NCBI GenBank assembly: GCA_035549295.1
Contig: DASZRG010000039.1
Span: 31 to 64,030, forward strand
DNA: 64,000 nt
Origin: Patescibacteria group bacterium
GTDB taxonomy: Bacteria; Patescibacteriota; Microgenomatia; Levybacterales; GWA1-39-11
Direction of reading: 5' to 3'
The notes under the pieces are model-generated. The model ran no database searches, was not told the origin of the DNA, and saw only the letters and a list, made by a program, of their open reading frames with translations. This document shows, piece after piece, positions 17,900-27,633 of this stretch; position 1 is the first letter of the stretch; the number at the start of each line of letters is the position of its first letter. The position numbers and the translations under genes were made by a program.

Positions 17900-19150
17900 T
17901 TATTTTATGCCTAAGAAGAATTTACGGAGCTTAAATATAATATCCTCTTTTTCGCGTTTAAGGGTGATCGTCTGCTTACCGGATGGTTTGACTGAAATAG
18001 TCGTTCCGAAGTAGTTATCAGCCTCAACACGTGCACTCTCAGAGACTCCCACTATAGGTACTGTAAACATACCATTTTTATCAGTAAAGTATGTTTTATC
18101 GCCAATTATTATATATGCATTTGAAATACCATCTCCTAACTCATCAGAAATAACGCCACTCGCATTCTCAGGATTATAGGCTGTTTTGATAACTTCGGAA
18201 ACAGATCTTGCAGTTCCATTATCATTCCAGATAGATGTCGTACTGCCAATATTTGTCCAGTAGTTAACTCCAATAAGCTCTGGAGTACTTATTAGCTTTG
18301 AAAAAGCATCTGCGACCCACTGTTTTTGCTGTTCATCAGTCATATCTCCATTTATGTCCGGTATTGGTGCACCAAATTCACCCAAAACTATGCTCCCACC
18401 TGATTCTGCAGAAATGGCCTTTATATCTGACGTTAACTTTTCGGGAGTCGAAACGTAATGGTCAATAGTTACTACTCCATCCATTGCGGCTGTTGTCGCA
18501 TGATCCATAACAGCTCGAGCAACATCCCCGTTCATCGAGTCATAATTTGAAGCCACATTTTTGCCTATTGAGTGAAACGCTGACTTCGTAACCTTATATT
18601 CATCGATCATAAACTGTCGAAAACCATCAATGTCTCCTGTTTGTCTTGGGTCACCCGGTCCTCCATTCTCACACTCAGGACATGCAGTAAATATGTCTCC
18701 ATTTTCAAAAATGTCAGGGTGTTTGAGTATGAAGCTTTTCGTCATACTCATATGCTGTTCTCGAGTAATTTTGCTGTAGTTAAACCACCCTTCCCACCCC
18801 GAAAAATTACCTCTAAACCAAACATTTAAGTGGTATTTTCGCGCAGCAGCAACCCAATGCTCGAGCATGGGATAAAACTCCTCGTCATATGGCGTCGCAA
18901 TCGCGACATGTGTCGCGCCTAGATCTGCAATATTTTTAACCTGAGCATCAATTGTCGCCATAAAAGCTGGGTCGTTTAGCTTTTCGCGCGAAAGGTCACG
19001 AGAAAACTTCATCGTATCAATCGACTGGAATCTCCACCAACGCGTCACTGGACTGGAGGAAGCCCTATGACTCGTAAATAGTACAATTAAAAATATGATT
19101 GGAACGATAATAAGTAATTTACTTTTCATTTTTCTGAGTGTTTTCTTCAT
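17900..19150 (-). CDS. secreted putative glycoside hydrolase (clan GH-A-like TIM barrel) with a C-terminal beta-sandwich domain
   Basis: N-terminal TM/signal region. A candidate acid/base Glu lies in PECENGGPG and a candidate nucleophile in VLGEFGAP (xxExG), as in GH5/GH113-type enzymes. The C-terminal YIIIGDKTYFTDKNGMFTVP is carboxypeptidase-regulatory-like. The family assignment is tentative. Confidence 0.4.
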   Translation of the reverse strand: MKKTLRKMKSKLLIIVPIIFLIVLFTSHRASSSPVTRWWRFQSIDTMKFSRDLSREKLNDPAFMATIDAQVKNIADLGATHVAIATPYDEEFYPMLEHWVAAARKYHLNVWFRGNFSGWEGWFNYSKITREQHMSMTKSFILKHPDIFENGDIFTACPECENGGPGDPRQTGDIDGFRQFMIDEYKVTKSAFHSIGKNVASNYDSMNGDVARAVMDHATTAAMDGVVTIDHYVSTPEKLTSDIKAISAESGGSIVLGEFGAPIPDINGDMTDEQQKQWVADAFSKLISTPELIGVNYWTNIGSTTSIWNDNGTARSVSEVIKTAYNPENASGVISDELGDGISNAYIIIGDKTYFTDKNGMFTVPIVGVSESARVEADNYFGTTISVKPSGKQTITLKREKEDIIFKLRKFFLGIK

Positions 19151-19167
19151 ACTCTATAAATTAGTTT

Positions 19168-19230
19168 TTAGCGTTTAGCGTTTGGCACTTATTTAAAGCT
19201 ACCAACCCCCAAGAGCTAACAGCTAACTCC
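19168..19230. repeat. dispersed ~70-bp intergenic element with inverted ends (TTAGCGTTTAGC ... ACCAACCCCCAAG ... GCTAACAGCTAA), copy A
   Basis: ttagcgtttagcgtttggcacttatttaaagctaccaacccccaagagctaacagctaa. Confidence 0.55.
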
Positions 19231-19231
19231 A

Positions 19232-20863
19232 TTACTTCTGGTACCCAAGCGTCGGTTTGGTGTTTATGGTTTTAAGAAACTGTGGCTTGATCTCATAGAT
19301 ATCGGCAAACGGATAGTGATTGACAAGTGTATAATCCCCATTTTTATATGCCGCCGTTTTACTCACGAGCTTAAAAGTTTGGTCGTTATTGTCATTTGTA
19401 CGCATAACTATCCATCTAGCCCACCTGTCGGGAGCAGTTGTCGCACTTATCCAGTAGGCGCCCGTTCCTTCGTGTATAAATTTACTCATTGGCAAACCAG
19501 ATGAGAAGATAATAGCATCGTGGGATGCGGCAGAGATCAAAACAAATCCAGGCTTATTTTTAGCATTAGCAGCAAGCCACCCAGAAACCTCAGTAACGTT
19601 TTTCTGACTTGAACCAACTCTCGCATCGTCAATAGTTACTGCATCGGCATTCGCAAATGAAAAGTAAAGAACAAACGCAAGAAGCGCAATAACAATAATC
19701 TTTAATTTATCAATTTTTTGAGTAAGATAGCCTATAAATATGGCAATCGAAGGCATCATGAGAATGCCGTATCGAACATTAAACCAGGTGTTTCCTGATA
19801 AGCCCTGAATAAACAAAACTGATTGTCCAGCATAGAGGGCTATTACGTTAAAAACAAGAGGCACAAAGAGTGCTGTGGCCGCAATTTTTATGTCAGTTTT
19901 TATCTTCTTATCAAGCCACAAAAATGCCGCACCTATTACCGAAAGAACTGAAATAAACGCGTTTGAGTTATATGCAAGTGCAAAAAGATAAACTTTTATT
20001 GAAAATAATAGATCGCCTTTTGTAGGTAGATTTCCAGCCTCAGAAAGCTGCGATTGTTGAGTCGCAGCAGCATAAGGTCCAAAAATAAAGTATAGAGGAT
20101 CTTTGAAGATCAAAAGATTCCACAAGAACCAAAGAGCTATTCCAAGCCCTGCAAGCGTACAAAAAAGAATAACGGTCCCCTCAGCTGCTTTGTATCCCTT
20201 TTTACGGAAGACTTGCAAAGCGATTAGACCGCTTGAGAAAACGAACAAAAACCAACCATCATAACGAATAAGGGTTGCGAGCATAACAAAGAACGCTGCT
20301 TTTATAAGGTGGAGAGTGTCGTCATATTTGAACCATTTAAGAAGCTGGTATATAGACGCCGTCATAGTTGCAATGAGGAGAAGTTCTGTCATTGCGGTCG
20401 ACTGAAGGTAAAGGACATTTAAATTTGCAGCAAAAACAACTACTCCCACAACTCTACCTAGAATTCCCACTCCAAGCTCCTCCAAGAATTTATATATAAG
20501 AAGTCCCGTTGCGACAAAAGATATCATCGAAACAATCGCCCCAGATAAACCTGAATGCCACATAAAATCATTCCAGATAGTCAAAACCATTAGTATGTGC
20601 GGCAAAGGAAGCCACACTGATCCAAGCTGAGCAGCACCAGGTTTCAAACCTTCGACAACACGACGTCCTATATCAAGATGTGACCTTGCATCGTTATATG
20701 CGAGACCTAATCCGTTTTTCAAGAAGAATAAGTAGTAAAATGTTGCCGCTGACACTAGAAGAAAAAGCAAAGCTTCAAATGTATGCTTTTGGACAAACTT
20801 ATTAATCGTACCAATGGTACTTTTATTAAACTCAAACTCTGATAAAAATTTATTCATTTTCAT
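19232..20863 (-). CDS. GT-C fold membrane glycosyltransferase (ArnT/PMT, GT39/GT83-like)
   Basis: About 12 TM helices with an N-terminal loop DARSHLDIGRR and a C-terminal periplasmic domain. The start probably lies at internal Met codons near 20863/20857 rather than 20908, which gives minimal overlap with the upstream ORF. Confidence 0.45.
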   Translation of the reverse strand: MKMNKFLSEFEFNKSTIGTINKFVQKHTFEALLFLLVSAATFYYLFFLKNGLGLAYNDARSHLDIGRRVVEGLKPGAAQLGSVWLPLPHILMVLTIWNDFMWHSGLSGAIVSMISFVATGLLIYKFLEELGVGILGRVVGVVVFAANLNVLYLQSTAMTELLLIATMTASIYQLLKWFKYDDTLHLIKAAFFVMLATLIRYDGWFLFVFSSGLIALQVFRKKGYKAAEGTVILFCTLAGLGIALWFLWNLLIFKDPLYFIFGPYAAATQQSQLSEAGNLPTKGDLLFSIKVYLFALAYNSNAFISVLSVIGAAFLWLDKKIKTDIKIAATALFVPLVFNVIALYAGQSVLFIQGLSGNTWFNVRYGILMMPSIAIFIGYLTQKIDKLKIIVIALLAFVLYFSFANADAVTIDDARVGSSQKNVTEVSGWLAANAKNKPGFVLISAASHDAIIFSSGLPMSKFIHEGTGAYWISATTAPDRWARWIVMRTNDNNDQTFKLVSKTAAYKNGDYTLVNHYPFADIYEIKPQFLKTINTKPTLGYQK

Positions 20864-22334
20864 AATCTTTTTTAGGTGTAAAAATAAAATACGCACCTGC
20901 TGCAACAACCAAAGCTAAAATAACGAAGTAATAAGCGACGGCTGGGATGCTTTTTTGCAAAACAAAGTTATAGAAAAATGAGTCAAGCTCACCCTTCTGA
21001 AGCATTCGAATGTTGATTATGTACCACGAATCAAGATTGATATATCTAGCCTCAACGTAAGGTGGAATAACATTTGTTGTCAGGGGAGCAAGGAGCGAAA
21101 TAGCTGCGCTGTATGTAAAGACCACGATGTATATAATTTTTACTAAAAGATTTTTTGCAAAACGCTGCAGTCCAACCCCAGCAAGAATACAAAGCTCGGG
21201 AAGTACTGCGATCATATATCGAGATCCAAACGCCCATCCACCATATGGATCTCCAAACATTGAATAAAGGACAAGACAAGTTGCAGGTAGAGCGAGTAAT
21301 CCTGCCTCCTCCCATTTTTTACTTTTTTTCAGATACCCTACTCCAAAAATAAATAACAAAACAACTGGTGAGTAAACCAAGATCCCACGGTCATGACTAA
21401 CTGTGAAAGAAGTAAGTCCATTCAGCAAATTCCTAGTTCTCAATGCACCCGTCGCATCAGTTCCTGATTCAGGAGCTGAAAGGTCAGTATTTTTAAGATC
21501 TTTTACTCTTGGAATGGTATTACTAAATTTAAGAGGGCTTCCGAAATGAATATAGTTGTAGTAACCATAAACAGTCATGAGTGCAAGAAATATAATCGGC
21601 GCAAAGATTACAAACCAATTTATTTTTATCTTAAATTTCTCTTTAAACTCTGTAATATTTACCATCTTGAGTGTTGCAAGCCCAACGATAGGCAAGAATA
21701 TAAATAGATTTGGAAAATCGACAAATACCGCCATACTATACAAAAACCAAGCGAGAATAGCCTTTATTCCACGCTTTTTGTCATCAAGCGGCAACACGAC
21801 GAAAAGCCCCAATAAGAGTAGAAATGCTGAAACTAAATGCGCATATAACGTAACCGAATAACCCCACGCGTTTGTTGCAAACCCAAATGCTACTGCTGCA
21901 AATGCTGATATGCTCCAGTGCAAACCAAGTCTCTTTGAGAACAGAAATATCATAATAATTGTCAAAAAGGAGAATATCGTTGAAATTGAAAAAGTGAATA
22001 TCTGAGCTGCTCCAAGTTGAGTTCCCAGAATATACAAAGGAATGGCCATCATAGATACGGCAGGCGGGAAAAAAGAGTAATAGTGACCTTTTAATGCACC
22101 AATGTCAGGCGTTCCCATTGAGGCATAGTTGTCTATCGCAAAAGAATGGTCATTGATAAGTGATAAAATTATTGCGTATCTAGACCTCTCCTGGGACGTT
22201 TCAAAAGCTTGACCAGAAGAATTCTCCTCAAACTCAATTTGATGCGGCGTAGGATTACCTGCTTGTCCACGAAAAGTAAGCGCAAATAAAAACAACGAAA
22301 ATACAACTAAAAATGGAAAAATATACTTTTTCAT
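20850..22334 (-). CDS. GT-C fold membrane glycosyltransferase (ArnT/PMT-like), second paralog
   Basis: 494 aa with many TM helices and a first-loop acidic motif (NDHSFAIDNYASMGTPD), in the typical GT-C arrangement. Confidence 0.45.
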   Translation of the reverse strand: MKKYIFPFLVVFSLFLFALTFRGQAGNPTPHQIEFEENSSGQAFETSQERSRYAIILSLINDHSFAIDNYASMGTPDIGALKGHYYSFFPPAVSMMAIPLYILGTQLGAAQIFTFSISTIFSFLTIIMIFLFSKRLGLHWSISAFAAVAFGFATNAWGYSVTLYAHLVSAFLLLLGLFVVLPLDDKKRGIKAILAWFLYSMAVFVDFPNLFIFLPIVGLATLKMVNITEFKEKFKIKINWFVIFAPIIFLALMTVYGYYNYIHFGSPLKFSNTIPRVKDLKNTDLSAPESGTDATGALRTRNLLNGLTSFTVSHDRGILVYSPVVLLFIFGVGYLKKSKKWEEAGLLALPATCLVLYSMFGDPYGGWAFGSRYMIAVLPELCILAGVGLQRFAKNLLVKIIYIVVFTYSAAISLLAPLTTNVIPPYVEARYINLDSWYIINIRMLQKGELDSFFYNFVLQKSIPAVAYYFVILALVVAAGAYFIFTPKKDYENE

Positions 22335-22336
22335 AT

Positions 22337-24118
22337 TTATGCAAAAGAACTTTTCAACTTTAATAATCTCATAAAATTACTATTGAAGAGAAGTCCCAAA
22401 TCTGATATCAAAGTTTGAAACTGGCGAGTATCAACTCTGCCTTCAATACAAATTCTATCGATCGTAAATTTGTCAGCATCTGACACTTGTCCACCATCCG
22501 TTGAAAATGCCGCTTCAAATCCAGCTTTCTTAACTACTTCTTTTACCTGGTCTGTATACTCACCCATAGGATACGCAAAGTATTTGAGTTTAAAACCAAG
22601 CTTTTTTTCAAGTCTTTTTTTGCCATCAATTATCTCTGATTTGAGTGCGGCAGCAGATAATGCCGAGAGCTTCGCGTGCGTGCTTGAATGGAAACCCACT
22701 TCCCACCCCATAGATTTAATCTTCCTCATATCCTCAATGGACATAAGCTCTTTTGTGTTTGCAAGAGTCTCTCGATTCGGCTCCTCGCTCGCTCCGAGGA
22801 CGAAGATCGTCCCGACAACACCTTCCTTTTTCATAATAGGGAGGGCGTCTGTCATGAAATCACGATATCCATCGTCAAATGTAATAGCTATGTTTTTGGT
22901 ATTATTTGGTTCATTAAGCATCTGATCAAGACTTACAATGTCTCGCATTTTTTTGATATATGCTATTTGCTTTTTAAAATTGTCTTCATTAACCGAATAC
23001 CTCCAACTATCATTGCTAATTGAATGGTAGCAAAGAATCGCAGGCTGCTCTGAAGCCTTTGACTTAAGAAGATTGTTGAGAAAACTTAAAACATTTAGAC
23101 CGCCAAAATAAATTTTTTCACCAAAGGTTGTTTTGTTAATAACTCCAAGATCAACTGCAACAGATTCCATATGCTTTTTAAGGAAGTTTTCCGCCTCGAT
23201 ATAATCTGGGTCGTTTTTTGCTCTAATCGCCATCATTTGAATAGCGTAATAGATAGATAGAGCGACAAATTTTTTCTTTTCTTGAGGTTTATCAAAAAAG
23301 CTACCGAATAGCTCGACCAAAGTTTTATGAGGTAATTCTTCAGAAAAGTATCGAACTGAATGAGCTGCATCTGTTTCAGGATCTGCTAGAACACAAATTT
23401 CAGGGTCAATAACATAAGCTTTTTTTCCTTTTATCAAAATATTTTGTGAATGTAGGTCTTTATGAGCTAAAATGTATTGCGTTCTAAATATAGAAGAATT
23501 TGCATATAGGCTCAAAAAACTACGCAAGTAAGAAAAATAACTCTTTATATTTTTAAAATCTCGCAATGTAACAAGCGTCAAGAATACTGGAAACGTCAAA
23601 GTTATTTGTAGTGAAGATCTCTTCGGAAGTTTTCTTAGCGTTTCAGAGGGTATATTTTTTGAGATATTTTTAAAGTCCTCGAGTATTCCTTTTATTGTTA
23701 CAACTTTTACCTTTTCGCTTACTTTGACAAGCGGTGTACCGTCAATTAACTCTGTCACAAGATGCAGGCTCGCAATGTTTGAGATAAATTCAAGAACTTT
23801 TGGAAAGGCTACTGTTTTTTTACCAGGTAGATTAGATAGTAGCTTGAGCATGTTACCTTCATTTAAAAGCTGTTCGTAAGCAAGATTTTTAGCACCAAAT
23901 TCAACAGTTTTTATAATAGCTTTTTTATTTTTTTTAGAACTAAATACTCCAACCGAAGTCCAACTTTCATCATTCTGCGCTTTTATAAGGTTGACAAGCT
24001 TATACCCGGCAACGCGATTAACATCTGAGGGTCTAGGGCTCTTCTTGAAAAGTCTTTCGTAAGCACCCATTATGCTACCTTTTAAGTAGTATTTTGCTGT
24101 TAAAAAATGCTCTTCCAT
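22337..24118 (-). CDS. bifunctional protein: N-terminal protein-kinase-like/APH-fold domain fused to a C-terminal polysaccharide deacetylase (NodB/CE4) domain
   Basis: The kinase-like catalytic loop is ILAHKDLHSQNILIKG (compare HGDLHPGNIL) plus a YVIDPE metal-binding-like motif. The CE4 motifs are ITFDDGYRDF, FHSSTHAKLS and YFAYPMGEY. The probable start is an internal Met at 24118. Confidence 0.55.
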   Translation of the reverse strand: MEEHFLTAKYYLKGSIMGAYERLFKKSPRPSDVNRVAGYKLVNLIKAQNDESWTSVGVFSSKKNKKAIIKTVEFGAKNLAYEQLLNEGNMLKLLSNLPGKKTVAFPKVLEFISNIASLHLVTELIDGTPLVKVSEKVKVVTIKGILEDFKNISKNIPSETLRKLPKRSSLQITLTFPVFLTLVTLRDFKNIKSYFSYLRSFLSLYANSSIFRTQYILAHKDLHSQNILIKGKKAYVIDPEICVLADPETDAAHSVRYFSEELPHKTLVELFGSFFDKPQEKKKFVALSIYYAIQMMAIRAKNDPDYIEAENFLKKHMESVAVDLGVINKTTFGEKIYFGGLNVLSFLNNLLKSKASEQPAILCYHSISNDSWRYSVNEDNFKKQIAYIKKMRDIVSLDQMLNEPNNTKNIAITFDDGYRDFMTDALPIMKKEGVVGTIFVLGASEEPNRETLANTKELMSIEDMRKIKSMGWEVGFHSSTHAKLSALSAAALKSEIIDGKKRLEKKLGFKLKYFAYPMGEYTDQVKEVVKKAGFEAAFSTDGGQVSDADKFTIDRICIEGRVDTRQFQTLISDLGLLFNSNFMRLLKLKSSFA

Positions 24119-24119
24119 A

Positions 24120-25013
24120 TTATTTGGTACTTGAGATCTGTGACCATGAACCACCTATTTTTCGTGGGCTTATAAATGAGACTAAATGCACATAAACTTG
24201 CACAAGTAAATATGCGAGAGAAACAATTAGATCTTTATTAAAGTAGATCATAAGAGTTCGAATTTTTTGGACAACTGTGAAGTGCGGACGCTTGTTTGGC
24301 AGAAAATCTAGCTCTTGATCTGATATATGACGCGATAAATAGCGACTCATTTGTTTTACATAATCTTTTAAATTTGCGGGTAACGAAAAATATACAACAG
24401 CACCCTTTTCAAACCCTATTCGTTTTCCAAGACTTTTTGCATAAAGGTAGTAAAACTCGTCATGCATATAGTTATATTTTTTAATTCTTGCTTCTGGGAA
24501 ATCTGCAATTCTGAGTATAATAACTGGGTCTGAACTTCGAAAAAACATTTGGTCTACTTTTGCTTTTTGCACCATATCTTCCCAGACATAAAACCCTAAC
24601 TGGCCAATTTTTTGTGCCAAGTTTTCAGCTTTTATAGGCTTTGCGAAGCCAGATACGGCAATCAGTTGGTTATTTGCTGTAATTTTTTTGAACAGCTTTG
24701 AAACAATTAAGTTCGATTTTATTTGAAGGTCTGCATCCAAAATTACCAAGAAGCTATATTTTTCGGTTTTTGCCTTTGAGATTAAGGCTTTGATTGCGGC
24801 GGTTTTGCCAACCTGTTTTTTTGATTCGATAACCTCAACGTATTTATTTTTGATATTTTTTATAATCTCAACTGATTTATCACGACTTCCATCCGAAAAA
24901 ACAGCAATTCTCCTATCAAAATTGCCCTTCTGGGAAAGCGCAGACATCACAACGCTCTCGATCGAACGTTCTTCGTTGTAGGCTGGAATTCCAATTAAAA
25001 TTCTTTTTTTCAT
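24120..25013 (-). CDS. family 2 glycosyltransferase
   Basis: ILIGIPAYNEERSIESVV...VFSDGSRDKSVEI...ILDADL (GT-A DxD). Confidence 0.75.
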   Translation of the reverse strand: MKKRILIGIPAYNEERSIESVVMSALSQKGNFDRRIAVFSDGSRDKSVEIIKNIKNKYVEVIESKKQVGKTAAIKALISKAKTEKYSFLVILDADLQIKSNLIVSKLFKKITANNQLIAVSGFAKPIKAENLAQKIGQLGFYVWEDMVQKAKVDQMFFRSSDPVIILRIADFPEARIKKYNYMHDEFYYLYAKSLGKRIGFEKGAVVYFSLPANLKDYVKQMSRYLSRHISDQELDFLPNKRPHFTVVQKIRTLMIYFNKDLIVSLAYLLVQVYVHLVSFISPRKIGGSWSQISSTK

Positions 25014-25019
25014 AACGAG

Positions 25020-25628
25020 CTAAATTGATGCAGATAAATTAGAAATTCTGTTGAAAAATATCATTCTCTGCCTCACGTATTGCCTAACAGACGAACCATT
25101 GAGTTTCTTTTTCATTTCCACATACTCCCTAAGCAACTTATTATTTGACTTTATTAGCTGATCTTGCTTTATCGTACTTGAAAAGCTTCTCAGGGATGGA
25201 TCAGCAAGCAAAACTTCTACTTTTATGTTATTTCGCATGAATTTCCACTCAACAAATCGTTTTCTTTCTTTTGTCGGTTCTCCAAACAGCTTACTAAGCT
25301 TAGGTGTATACTTTTCAAACTTTTGCGGTGGGCAAGCGATCAAGAGGTCCACATCATTAAGGCCAAGTATTTTATAACTGGCTGAGCCAACAAAATACAC
25401 TTTTAGAGTTGGTGTTATGTGCTTAATTTTAGCTATAATCTTCTGACCCGTTGTTGATAAATCTTTTCTGAAAGGCTTCATTACAACACGTCGCTTATTC
25501 GAATACGTATATAGATATAAATAATCTTTTGGAGATTCACATAAAAGTTTAAGATCAACCGCCACGTACTTAGCCAAGCTATTGAATCGTCTAATTATTT
25601 TTGAAGTAAAGCCTGCGATATTTTTCAT
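25020..25628 (-). CDS. nucleotidyltransferase-fold protein (GrpB / aminoglycoside-lincosamide NTase-like)
   Basis: YFVGSASYKILGLNDVDLLIACP fits the pol-beta-type GS-x9-DxD pattern. The start is taken at the internal Met (25628) to avoid a 50-nt overlap. Confidence 0.4.
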   Translation of the reverse strand: MKNIAGFTSKIIRRFNSLAKYVAVDLKLLCESPKDYLYLYTYSNKRRVVMKPFRKDLSTTGQKIIAKIKHITPTLKVYFVGSASYKILGLNDVDLLIACPPQKFEKYTPKLSKLFGEPTKERKRFVEWKFMRNNIKVEVLLADPSLRSFSSTIKQDQLIKSNNKLLREYVEMKKKLNGSSVRQYVRQRMIFFNRISNLSASI

Positions 25629-25632
25629 AAGC

Positions 25633-27633
25633 TTAAATCTCCACGATAACTTTCGTGCTCGTTGCAATCTCCCACATTCCATATGAATTTAAGCTGTCTG
25701 TGTATGGAGTGATTTTTAATATTAGGTTTAGCGCTACTGCCAAAGGTACATAGACTGGGTTTTTGAAAAGTGTTTTAAAAAGTCCTCGTAGCTTGTACAC
25801 CATTGAGATGTCGTGCAACTTCTCTACATCTTCACCAAAATATTCAACAAGTACGTCGCGTTCATTAAGAAACCTCTTGCCTTGCAATACAACTTCGCGC
25901 ACGTTTTCCGGTGTTTTAAAGAGAATTGAAACATTTTTAAGGAATCTAAATCCATTTTTCTCTTTCGCTTTTACATATAGATATTCTTCATCGCAGGTAA
26001 TATCTGAAGGATAAATGAAAGATTTTGAAAACTTTTTTCTTAGCATGCTCGCTCCTCCATAAAGGTTTGCGATATGATCCCCGCCGTTTATATCTTCCCT
26101 TGTATTATTCCAGAGCAAATTGTTCGCATAGATTATGCGACCCATCACGCTTTTTGCCTTAGCGGGAATAAAATTGCCTGCTGCAACTTGTGCTTTTTTA
26201 TCTTTTAAAAACACTTCAACCATTTTACCGAGTGTTTCCTCGTCCCTTAAATAAACATCGGCGTCAAAAGTTGCGAGCAAATCACTTTTGTTTATTTTGT
26301 AGATTTCATTTAAGCGGTGCGGCTTCCCACGCCTTACTATTCCCCCCATTACTTTTATTCGCTTATCACTTTTTGCGAGTTTCTTTGCAACCGACAAGGT
26401 TTTATCACTCGACCCGTCAATATTTATATAAATTCTTTCAAGTCTGAAATTTGAATTTTTCTGCTTTTTAATTGAAGCGATTAATTTCGACAAGTTACCC
26501 TCTTCGTTATATGCTGGAATGCCAACGCTTACAGAAACTGTATTTGACTTTATCGTATCTAAAATAACGTTTACTATCTTTCTGATTGTTTCCATGTTTA
26601 TGTCGTGAAACATAGGAAGACAGAGGATCCTCTTTGCAACTGATTCAGAAACAGGACAAGCTACATACTCAACATAAGGCATAGTGTTAAGTGATGGATA
26701 GAAATACCTTCTTGGAAATATGTTTTCTGCTTCAAGAGCTTTCTTAACAAGAAGAAGCTCTTCTTCACTTTTAAAAACAACTGGGAAATATGAGTAATTG
26801 TAAATAACGCTATTCAAATACTTAATTTCGTGAAGACCACTGTCCTTAAGAAGCCTTTTATACTCGTCGTACGCACGATTTCTAACCTCACGTATGGCAG
26901 GTACATATTTTAGGTTAGCAAGACCCATTGCAGCGTGCATTTCAGAGTTTTTAGCATTAATACCAAGTTCTGTTGGAAAACCTTCACGAGAAAGCCCAAA
27001 ATCACGCATTCTACGCACTTTCTTGGCGACTTTGTCGTTATCTGTTATTACAAATCCTCCCTCAACTGTGTGGAACAATTTTGTTGCATGAAGACTCAGC
27101 GTTGAAACATCACCGTATTTAAATATTGATCTGCCGTTAATTTTTACCCCAAACGCATGTGCCGCATCGTATATAACCTTGAGATTGTGCTTTTTAGCTA
27201 TTTTTTCAATTTTTTCAACGTTACAGGGATATCCAAACACGTGCACCGCAAGAATAGCTGTTGTTTCAGGCGTTATAGCAGCTTCAATCTTTTCCTCATC
27301 AATTGTAAGATCGTCTTCTTTGATGTCGACAAAAACAGGCTTACAATTCTCCCATACAATTGATGTAGTAGTCGCAGCAAATGTAAAAGGTGTAGTTATG
27401 ATTTCTCCACGAAGATCAAGCGCGCGTATTGCAAGTTGTATTGCAACTGTACCGTTTGTAACAAAAAAAGCATGTTTAACTTTTAGGAGCTTTTTGATGT
27501 TATTTTCAAGCTCCTGCGCGAGCACTCCGTGATTTGTAATCCAGCGAGATTCCCATGCACGCTTTAAAATCTTTTCGTACTCCTCAAAAGGTGGAAGAAA
27601 GGTCCTTGTAACTAATACTTTTTTACTTTGCAT
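25633..27633 (-). CDS. fusion: DegT/DnrJ/EryC1/StrS-family PLP-dependent sugar aminotransferase (N-terminal) + family 2 glycosyltransferase (C-terminal)
   Basis: The N-terminal segment carries FFVTNGTVAIQLAIRAL...AILAVHVFGYPCN...DAAHAFG (DegT). The C-terminal segment carries VSVSVGIPAYNEEGNLSKLIASI...YINIDGSSDKT...ATFDADV (GT2). Confidence 0.65.
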   Translation of the reverse strand: MQSKKVLVTRTFLPPFEEYEKILKRAWESRWITNHGVLAQELENNIKKLLKVKHAFFVTNGTVAIQLAIRALDLRGEIITTPFTFAATTTSIVWENCKPVFVDIKEDDLTIDEEKIEAAITPETTAILAVHVFGYPCNVEKIEKIAKKHNLKVIYDAAHAFGVKINGRSIFKYGDVSTLSLHATKLFHTVEGGFVITDNDKVAKKVRRMRDFGLSREGFPTELGINAKNSEMHAAMGLANLKYVPAIREVRNRAYDEYKRLLKDSGLHEIKYLNSVIYNYSYFPVVFKSEEELLLVKKALEAENIFPRRYFYPSLNTMPYVEYVACPVSESVAKRILCLPMFHDINMETIRKIVNVILDTIKSNTVSVSVGIPAYNEEGNLSKLIASIKKQKNSNFRLERIYINIDGSSDKTLSVAKKLAKSDKRIKVMGGIVRRGKPHRLNEIYKINKSDLLATFDADVYLRDEETLGKMVEVFLKDKKAQVAAGNFIPAKAKSVMGRIIYANNLLWNNTREDINGGDHIANLYGGASMLRKKFSKSFIYPSDITCDEEYLYVKAKEKNGFRFLKNVSILFKTPENVREVVLQGKRFLNERDVLVEYFGEDVEKLHDISMVYKLRGLFKTLFKNPVYVPLAVALNLILKITPYTDSLNSYGMWEIATSTKVIVEI

